Positions 57,002-64,000 of a stretch of 64,000 bases of DNA are shown here, one piece after another. This DNA comes from an uncultured Sangeribacter sp. Its GTDB lineage: Bacteria; Bacteroidota; Bacteroidia; Bacteroidales; Muribaculaceae. The notes beneath the pieces were generated by a model. That model ran no database searches, had not been told where the DNA came from, and worked only from the letters and a program-made list of their open reading frames with translations. The stretch spans positions 4,776 to 68,775 of the forward strand of contig CAYNPB010000001.1 of NCBI GenBank assembly GCA_964399005.1, written 5' to 3'. Each line of letters starts with the position of its first letter. Within the stretch, counting starts at the first letter, position 1. Position numbers and translations under genes: made by a program.

Positions 57002-57655
57002 TTATCCTCTTGATTTTAGAATCTCTTCAAGATTATCTACATTAATGTCTGCCACAGCATTGACCACAACATTACTGTAAGGAGCTATGTCTTCAGCTTT
57101 TAGAGTTCCGGCTATTCCAATTACATATGCGCCGGCGGCTTTGCCCGCCTTCACTCCCTGGAGAGAATCTTCGAAAACGGCACATCTCTTTGGATTGACA
57201 CCCAATGCGGCGGCGGCAGCCAGGTAGCCTTCAGGATTTGGTTTAGAGCATTTCACCTCATCGCCGGTGATAATCACATCGAAATAATTTTTAAATCCCG
57301 GCATATCCATCCAAAGATGCTCCATTTTCAGATCATTGCTACTTGTCACTAAAGCAATTGGAATATCTTGCTTCTTCAACGAATCTAAAAATCCAATTGC
57401 ACCCGGAAGAGCTTCATAGATCATCATTCCTTCAAGGCGAATCAGCTCATTTGAGACATCCTGTCTCACTTCTTCCGGGAAATATCTTTCCAATATATCT
57501 TCAAGAGTGGTCCCTTTGATCTTGTAAGGGAAATTTTCTATTCCGGTAGGCCATTGCTTCTCTATAGCTTCCCATATTTTTGTGTAAACTCTTTCGCTAT
57601 CCACCAATACACCATCAAGGTCAAACAGACATCCTATATCATTATTAATTTTCAT
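57002..57655 (-). CDS. HAD-family phosphatase
   Basis: FDLDGVLVDSE, VTSS, KPNP, FEDS. Confidence 0.9.
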   Translation of the reverse strand: MKINNDIGCLFDLDGVLVDSERVYTKIWEAIEKQWPTGIENFPYKIKGTTLEDILERYFPEEVRQDVSNELIRLEGMMIYEALPGAIGFLDSLKKQDIPIALVTSSNDLKMEHLWMDMPGFKNYFDVIITGDEVKCSKPNPEGYLAAAAALGVNPKRCAVFEDSLQGVKAGKAAGAYVIGIAGTLKAEDIAPYSNVVVNAVADINVDNLEEILKSRG

Positions 57656-57789
57656 ATCTTTCAATTCTCTTTCATTTCTTACAAAATTACTCAAATTTTA
57701 TGAAGTGCCAAAAAAATTTATTAACTTTGTAGTGAAAACATTCATAAGTGGGTTTTGTTCCCTTTTTTGAATAGTGAAAAGGAAAACTA

Positions 57790-59346
57790 ATGATAAAAGA
57801 TATTTCACTGAGAGTATCTCCTGAAGTAGCCTCAACCCCCGAGTTGCTTGCACCAAAAGTATTCGGAGTAGCAGGTTGTAAAGTTAACGATTGGAGAATC
57901 GTCAAGCGATCGGTAGATGCTCGTAAGCGTGACATAATCATCAACCTTACCGTGAGGATAGCATCCGGAGAAGATAAGAAAGTTTCTTCCGGATATGTTC
58001 CTGTGGAGTTTCAGGATGTCACCGAGGCTTCGGAACAAGTCGTAATAGTGGGTGCAGGTCCGGCAGGACTTTTTGCTGCGCTCGAATGCCTTCGTCTCGG
58101 AATGCGTCCAATCGTCATTGAGAGAGGAAAGGATGTGGATTCACGCCGACTTGATATAGCTAAGCTAAACAGAGAAAGACAAATTGATCCTGAATCAAAC
58201 TATTGCTTCGGTGAAGGAGGCGCCGGAACATTTTCCGACGGAAAATTATTCACCAGAAGTAAAAAAAGAGGTAATACGTCAGAAGTGCTGTCTCTCCTTG
58301 TGCAGCATGGAGCGGATGAAAACATCCTGATTGATTCTCACCCACACATAGGAAGCGACCGTCTGCCCGGAATCATGAAAAGCATACGCCAGACCATTAT
58401 AAAGTCCGGGGGAGAGGTAAGATTCCATACAAGGGTAGACCGGCTTCTGATTGAAGAGGGAAAAGTGATTGGCGTCGAGACCTCGGATGGAGAGCAGATA
58501 TTGGGAGATGCAGTGATCCTTGCCACCGGCCATTCGGCACGAGATGTCTACCGCAATCTTGCTCGCGATGGAGTGAAGATGGAAGCAAAGGGTCTCGCTA
58601 TTGGCGTACGTCTTGAACATCCTCAGCGACTTATTGACCAGATTCAATATCATAATCCCGCAGGAAGAGGACGTTGGCTCCCGGCTGCTGAATATAATTT
58701 CGTGACTCAGGCCGATGGCAGAGGTGTCTACAGTTTCTGCATGTGTCCCGGTGGAGTAGTGGTCGCAGCCGGAAGCGGCCCTGAAGAATTGGTGGTCAAT
58801 GGAATGTCAGCCTCAGCCAGAAGCAGCATCTGGGCCAATTCGGGAATGGTGGTTGAGCTTCGTCCCGGAGACTTTCCCGAATATGGAGACAGAAAAGAAT
58901 TTGAGATGCTCGATTTGGTGGAAGACCTTGAAAAGAAGTTTTATACGGAATCTAACGAGAGCATCGTAGCGCCGGCACAAAGAATGAAGGATTTTGTAGA
59001 AGGGAAAGATTCCAAGAATCTTCCCCCTTCAAGCTACCTTCCGGGACTTTACGAAGCAAGAATGGATAAACTGCTACCTCCCTTTATTGCAACCCGACTT
59101 AAGAAAGGATTTCAGGATTTCGGACGTAAGGCCAAGGGTTTTCTTACCAATGAAGCGATACTCATAGGATTGGAGTCGCGCACGTCAAGTCCGGTTCGTA
59201 TACCTCGTGATAAAGAAACACTTGTACATGTAGATATCGAAGGATTATATCCGGCAGGAGAAGGAGCCGGATATGCCGGAGGCATAGTCTCGGCAGCCAT
59301 CGACGGAATGCGCTGCGCGCAACAAATCAAATTAAGAAGAAAATGA
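57790..59346 (+). CDS. NAD(P)/FAD-dependent oxidoreductase
   Basis: VGAGPAGLFAA, GEGGAGTFSDGKL, SFCMCPGG, GEGAGYAGGI. Confidence 0.85.
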   Translation: MIKDISLRVSPEVASTPELLAPKVFGVAGCKVNDWRIVKRSVDARKRDIIINLTVRIASGEDKKVSSGYVPVEFQDVTEASEQVVIVGAGPAGLFAALECLRLGMRPIVIERGKDVDSRRLDIAKLNRERQIDPESNYCFGEGGAGTFSDGKLFTRSKKRGNTSEVLSLLVQHGADENILIDSHPHIGSDRLPGIMKSIRQTIIKSGGEVRFHTRVDRLLIEEGKVIGVETSDGEQILGDAVILATGHSARDVYRNLARDGVKMEAKGLAIGVRLEHPQRLIDQIQYHNPAGRGRWLPAAEYNFVTQADGRGVYSFCMCPGGVVVAAGSGPEELVVNGMSASARSSIWANSGMVVELRPGDFPEYGDRKEFEMLDLVEDLEKKFYTESNESIVAPAQRMKDFVEGKDSKNLPPSSYLPGLYEARMDKLLPPFIATRLKKGFQDFGRKAKGFLTNEAILIGLESRTSSPVRIPRDKETLVHVDIEGLYPAGEGAGYAGGIVSAAIDGMRCAQQIKLRRK

Positions 59347-60038
59347 GCACTATATTAGCAATAGAGACATCAGGAAAATACTGCAGCGTGGCGTTGATCC
59401 ACGAAGGACTTGCAGAGTTCAGCCGTGTAGATGATACAGAGATGAATCATGCAAGGGCAATTGGTCCTTTTGTGGATGAATGTGTGAAGGAATCCCGAAG
59501 AAGGGAATGGAAGATTGATGCAGTTGCAGTCAGCATGGGTCCTGGAAGTTATACAGGATTGCGCATCGGACTATCTATGGCCAAAGGACTCTGCTTTTCA
59601 CTTAAAGTTCCACTCATAGGAGTCTCTACACTGAAATTAATTGCGGTAAAAGCCATGTTCCGCAATGTAGACTGGCAGGGAGATGAAATACTCGTACCGA
59701 TGATCGATGCCAGAAGGATGGAAGTATACACGGCAGCCTATAATTTCCGCCTTGACTCATTGATGAAACCCCAACCGTTAATCCTCGAAACTGGCAGCTA
59801 TAGCAATCTTCCAGAAGATAGAGAGATCTATTTCATGGGTGATGGGGCGGAAAAATCTAAAGAGGTGTTGAAAGGGGAGAGGTATCATTGGCTCGATGGA
59901 GTCAATCCGAAGGCTTCAGACATGACAGCGCTTGCAGAAAAAGCATTCCGTGAATCCGATTTCCTTGACGTGGCCTATAGCGTACCGGATTACCTTAAAG
60001 AATATGAAGCCAAGAAAAGCCATGTGAAAGGGCTTTGA
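59343..60038 (+). CDS. tsaB: tRNA threonylcarbamoyladenosine biosynthesis protein TsaB
   Basis: ILAIETS, GPGSYTGLRIG, PMIDARRMEVY. Confidence 0.95.
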   Translation: MSTILAIETSGKYCSVALIHEGLAEFSRVDDTEMNHARAIGPFVDECVKESRRREWKIDAVAVSMGPGSYTGLRIGLSMAKGLCFSLKVPLIGVSTLKLIAVKAMFRNVDWQGDEILVPMIDARRMEVYTAAYNFRLDSLMKPQPLILETGSYSNLPEDREIYFMGDGAEKSKEVLKGERYHWLDGVNPKASDMTALAEKAFRESDFLDVAYSVPDYLKEYEAKKSHVKGL

Positions 60039-60062
60039 GATAATGCATAAGTAAATAAGAAT

Positions 60063-60746
60063 ATGGAAGATATAACATACGAAATAAATACTGAGGAAAT
60101 AGGAGCGGCCCAGGTTGCTCCTGAAGTTCTTAACATGATACCATACAATACCGGTATGGAGCCACTTCTGCTTGCGGAATACGGACGAAATATCCAAAAT
60201 CTCGTAGATTTTTGCGTTTCAATCCCTGACCGTGAAGAGCGTACCCGCTGTGCGCACGCTATAGCGGACATAATGACTATTCTTTTTCCTGCATTGAAAA
60301 AAGATCCCAATGACAGGAAGAAAATCTGGGATCATATCAACATTATGTCGAGATTCGAACTTGACATAGATTTCCCTGTGCAGGTGATTCAGGCAGAAGA
60401 GACGAATCCTACTCCAAACCCGATTCCTTACAGCAATTCACGCGATATTATCTTCCGCTATTATGGTAAGCACATCCAGGATATGGTGCGCACCGTTGCT
60501 GATATGGAGGATTCTGAAGAAAGATTCAATCTGATTGGAGTGATAGCCAACCATATGAAGAAACTCATGCTCGCTCACAATAAGGAAGGGGTCAGCGATG
60601 CAAAGGTACTAAACGACCTCAGATTCATAAGCGACGGTAAAATAGATCTTCTTCCTGGAGATATTTATCTCTATGACTTCCAGGAAGTGCAGCAGCCCAC
60701 CAAGCAAAAGCAAGGAAAGAAGAAAAACAATAAGCAAAACTTCTGA
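60063..60746 (+). CDS. DUF4290 family protein
   Basis: EYGRNIQ, KIWDH, RYYGK, ANHMKK; position between tsaB and murA. Confidence 0.8.
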   Translation: MEDITYEINTEEIGAAQVAPEVLNMIPYNTGMEPLLLAEYGRNIQNLVDFCVSIPDREERTRCAHAIADIMTILFPALKKDPNDRKKIWDHINIMSRFELDIDFPVQVIQAEETNPTPNPIPYSNSRDIIFRYYGKHIQDMVRTVADMEDSEERFNLIGVIANHMKKLMLAHNKEGVSDAKVLNDLRFISDGKIDLLPGDIYLYDFQEVQQPTKQKQGKKKNNKQNF

Positions 60747-60751
60747 AAGAT

Positions 60752-62059
60752 ATGAGCGAATTCATTGTGGAAGGCGGTTGCCGTCTTCAGGGGTCAATCG
60801 AACCTCAGGGAGCAAAAAATGAGGCTCTCCAAGTGATTTGCGCCACGCTGCTCACTTCGGAGAAGGTGACGATATCAAACCTGCCCGATATAGCCGATGT
60901 CAATAATCTTGTCGACCTCATGACTCATCTCGGAGTCAAGACTTCATATCTCGATCGCCACACTTGCGAATTTCAAGCTGACAATGTCAACCTTGGGTTT
61001 CTTCATACAGAAGAGTTTCTTAAGAAAGCGCAGTCGCTGAGAGGCTCAGTGATGATAATAGGTCCGTTGGTAGCCAGATTTGGGGAGGCAGTATTGCCCA
61101 AACCCGGTGGAGATAAAATCGGACGCCGACGCCTTGACACTCATCTTGTAGGGCTTGAAAAGCTTGGTGCAAAATTCGATTACGATTCCTCTAAGAGAGT
61201 CTATAATATCACAGCTCCCAAAGGTCTCAATGGTTTGTATATGCTTCTTGACGAGGCATCCGTCACCGGCACAGCCAATCTCGTGATGGCAGCAGTTTTG
61301 GCCAAGGGAAAGACCACAATCTATAATGCAGCCTGCGAACCATATGTGCAGCAGCTGTGCCGAATGCTGGTCAGGATGGGAGCGAAGATAGAGGGAATAG
61401 GCAGCAATCTGCTTACTATCACCGGAGTTGACTCGCTTTGGGGCGCTAATCATCGCCTGCTTCCTGATATGATAGAAGTGGGGAGTTTCATCGGTATAGC
61501 AGCAATGACAGGGAGCAACCTCACTCTAAAGAATGTCGGAGTGCGCGATTTGGGCATCATTCCGGATGCTTTCGCCCGCCTGGGAATCAACCTGACCGTG
61601 AAAGGAGATGACATTGTCATCAATCAGAAGGATATTTATGAGATAGAAACGTTTATCGACGGATCAATCATGACTATCGCAGATGCGACGTGGCCGGGAC
61701 TTTCGCCCGACCTTCTCAGCATTTTCCTTGTAGCAGCGACACAGGCCAAAGGGAGTGTGCTGATCCACCAGAAGATGTTTGAGAGTCGCCTCTTCTTTGT
61801 AGATAAACTTATCGACATGGGTGCGCGTATTATATTATGTGATCCTCACCGTGCGGCTGTAATCGGAAGTGGCAAGTTCAACTCGCTGAAAGCAGCCAGA
61901 ATGGTCAGCCCTGACATCAGAGCTGGAATCGCACTTCTCATGGCTGCAATGTCGGCTAAGGGAACAAGCAGAATAGAAAACATTGACCAGATCGACAGAG
62001 GGTATGAGCGAATAGATGAACGCCTCAACTCTCTTGGAGCAAAAATATTCAGAAACTGA
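60752..62059 (+). CDS. murA: UDP-N-acetylglucosamine 1-carboxyvinyltransferase
   Basis: GAKNEAL, PGGDKIGRR, SVTGTAN, MFESR, DIRAG, IDRGYE. Confidence 0.95.
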   Translation: MSEFIVEGGCRLQGSIEPQGAKNEALQVICATLLTSEKVTISNLPDIADVNNLVDLMTHLGVKTSYLDRHTCEFQADNVNLGFLHTEEFLKKAQSLRGSVMIIGPLVARFGEAVLPKPGGDKIGRRRLDTHLVGLEKLGAKFDYDSSKRVYNITAPKGLNGLYMLLDEASVTGTANLVMAAVLAKGKTTIYNAACEPYVQQLCRMLVRMGAKIEGIGSNLLTITGVDSLWGANHRLLPDMIEVGSFIGIAAMTGSNLTLKNVGVRDLGIIPDAFARLGINLTVKGDDIVINQKDIYEIETFIDGSIMTIADATWPGLSPDLLSIFLVAATQAKGSVLIHQKMFESRLFFVDKLIDMGARIILCDPHRAAVIGSGKFNSLKAARMVSPDIRAGIALLMAAMSAKGTSRIENIDQIDRGYERIDERLNSLGAKIFRN

Positions 62060-62598
62060 TGATAACTGAAGAAGAAATCACGTCGGTAGGCAAATTGCTT
62101 AAGACACACGCACTGAAAGGGGAACTCAATATGCTCCTCGACATAGACCCGGGGTATCTTGAAGAAGGAAATCCGGCTATACTTGACATAGATGGCATTT
62201 ACGTACCATTCTATGCAGAAAGCGTCAGGACTAAAGGCTCCTTCTCATATCTCGTGAAATTTGAAGGAATCGACAGCGAAATAGAGGCAAAGAAGCTTGT
62301 CAACAAGAGCGTCTATGCACTCCGCGAACGCCTTAAGGAATATATGCTCGAAAACTACGATGAGGAATATGCACTCTATGATGACCTTGTAGGATATACG
62401 ATAGAAGATGTAGACTCCGGCGTCATCGGAAATGTAGTAGAGATCGACACAAATACTGAAAATGAATTGTTTATCGTAGAGACACCTGAAGGAAACACTG
62501 TATATATTCCGCTGACAGAGGATTTCATTGAAAGTATGGATGAAGATAAGAAACTCATCACAATGCGCCTCCCGGATGGTCTTCTTGATTTAAATTGA
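62059..62598 (+). CDS. rimM: 16S rRNA processing protein RimM
   Basis: VGKLLKTHALKGEL, DLVGY, YIP, LPDGLLD. Confidence 0.92.
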   Translation: MITEEEITSVGKLLKTHALKGELNMLLDIDPGYLEEGNPAILDIDGIYVPFYAESVRTKGSFSYLVKFEGIDSEIEAKKLVNKSVYALRERLKEYMLENYDEEYALYDDLVGYTIEDVDSGVIGNVVEIDTNTENELFIVETPEGNTVYIPLTEDFIESMDEDKKLITMRLPDGLLDLN

Positions 62599-62606
62599 TA
62601 AAGTTT

Positions 62607-63245
62607 ATGATTCGAAGAATAATATTATCCGTCGTCATGCTCCTCGGGGTGTCCGGCTTTTGCATATCTGCCCAAGACAACCTTGAAGATATGACTTTTG
62701 CCCAAATGATAAAGTCGGTAGACTTGTCTAAAGAGCCTAAGGCAGCCGATCTTATCCGGAAATTCCAAGATCTTGAAGCTCGTCAGAAACTTATGAACGG
62801 ACCCCTCTCACCCAAGCAGGGGAAATGCAATATTGAGGCATATAGGAAAAAGGAAGTGATACTCATCACAATTCCGGCAAGCGAACTATTTGCTCCCAAT
62901 TCAACAGAATTGGCTGAAGGGGCTTCAAAATATCTCAATCCTCTTAAAAGATATATGAAGGATCCCGACATGTTTCGTGTGCTTTTCGTCATGCACACCG
63001 ACAACACAGGCTCAATGCAATATAGGGATAACATCACAGCCGACCGCGTAGATGCAGTGACATCATGGTTTGACGAGCAGGGTGCCGACACTTCCTTCAC
63101 ATTTTCTTATGCCTTCGGCGATGAGGCACCGCTTGTGCCTAACACTTCTATCGAGAACCGCAACAAAAACCGCCGTCTCGAAGTGTTTCTGATGCCGGGC
63201 ACCAAGATGCTCGAAGCCGCCAAGAAAGGAAAAATCGACTTCTAA
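62607..63245 (+). CDS. OmpA C-terminal domain protein
   Basis: Signal peptide, LFAPNS, HTDNTG, NRRLEV. Confidence 0.8.
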   Translation: MIRRIILSVVMLLGVSGFCISAQDNLEDMTFAQMIKSVDLSKEPKAADLIRKFQDLEARQKLMNGPLSPKQGKCNIEAYRKKEVILITIPASELFAPNSTELAEGASKYLNPLKRYMKDPDMFRVLFVMHTDNTGSMQYRDNITADRVDAVTSWFDEQGADTSFTFSYAFGDEAPLVPNTSIENRNKNRRLEVFLMPGTKMLEAAKKGKIDF

Positions 63246-63302
63246 TCCCTTAACCTCTCTAAACACCCAAAACTCCCAACCCCTTAACTCCTTCCTACCT
63301 CA

Positions 63303-64000
63303 ATGCCCAAGACACCTTATTATATAGTCTACGAAGACAGGATTGAACGCAATCTCCAGCTACTCCGCCGAGTGGAGCAAGAAGCTTATGTCAAGATAAT
63401 AATGGCATTCAAAGCAAATGCCCTTTGGAAGACATTTCCAATAGTGAAAAGATATTTCAGTTCAAGCACTGCCAGCTCGCTCAATGAGATGCAGCTCTCG
63501 TTAGACTATCTGGGCCGGGACGTGCACGCTTACTGTCCGGTATATACAGATGAGACTTTTCCGAAGTTTCTTGCAGGTTGCACCCACATCACATTTAATT
63601 CTCTTGCACAATTTAGACGCTTCAAACCGCAGATTGATGAATGGAACGCATCGCATCCTGATAAGCAGGTTAGTGCAGGACTGAGAGTCAATCCTCATTG
63701 CAGTGTGATTGAAACCGACATTTATAATCCTTGCGTGCCTGGATCCCGCTTCGGCGAATCAGCGTCAGCTCTTGCCGAAGGGCTTCCAGAAGGGATTGAG
63801 GGACTACATTTTCATGCGCTTTGCGAATCAGACAGCCATGACTTGGCAAAAGTGCTTGACGCGCTTAAGGAGCAATATGGACATCTGTTGCCTCATGTGA
63901 AGTGGCTGAACATGGGAGGAGGACATCTTATGACGCGCAAAGGTTATGATATAGATTTCCTCATATCCCTTATGAAACAACTTCATGAAGAATACCCGAA
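63303..64000 (+). CDS. nspC: Carboxynorspermidine decarboxylase (partial, runs off window end)
   Basis: MPKTPYYIV...IIMAFKANALW...TASSLNE...HITFNS...GLRVNP...YNPCVPGSRFG...GLHFHALCE...WLNMGGGH; absent from the ORF track because there is no stop in the window. Confidence 0.9.
   Translation, partial: MPKTPYYIVYEDRIERNLQLLRRVEQEAYVKIIMAFKANALWKTFPIVKRYFSSSTASSLNEMQLSLDYLGRDVHAYCPVYTDETFPKFLAGCTHITFNSLAQFRRFKPQIDEWNASHPDKQVSAGLRVNPHCSVIETDIYNPCVPGSRFGESASALAEGLPEGIEGLHFHALCESDSHDLAKVLDALKEQYGHLLPHVKWLNMGGGHLMTRKGYDIDFLISLMKQLHEEYP

Noticed and set aside
363-63266. Numerous 60-250 aa antisense or out-of-frame ORFs inside well-supported genes (e.g. 8106-8846, 16430-17134, 17147-17890, 19242-19916)
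   Set aside because: Shadow ORFs with no recognisable motifs, fully overlapping conserved genes.
63501-63900. Small ORFs at 63501-63698 and 63709-63900
   Set aside because: They lie within the partial nspC reading frame, antisense or out of frame.

Overview
The window is a 64 kb chromosomal segment from a Bacteroidales bacterium, probably a gut Muribaculaceae-like organism. This rests on TAnnTTTG/-33 TTTG promoters and Bacteroidales gene order such as tsaB-DUF4290-murA-rimM. Most of it is housekeeping or envelope genes: holB (partial), galE, a CzcCBA-like RND pump, mltF, recJ-recQ-umuC, dnaG, dapA, lipB, prmA, feoAB, uvrA, rarA, tsaB, murA, rimM and nspC (partial). It also has tRNA-Gln(CTG), tRNA-Ala(GGC) and two small toxin-antitoxin-type pairs. 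No CRISPR array, integrase or transposase was found. The most notable accessory block (about 44.8-55.7 kb) is a TolC/MFP/MacB-type ABC exporter locus. Three of its promoters carry the same 40-bp double-palindrome operator at identical spacing from primary-sigma -33/-7 boxes. Beside them lie an NtrC-like response regulator with no AAA+ domain, a kinase with no sensor domain and an internally deleted mini-permease. Other oddities are a rearranged tRNA-Gln copy, a 6S-like structured RNA candidate, a heptamer tandem array and several domain-reduced proteins. Family names come from motif recognition, not database searches.
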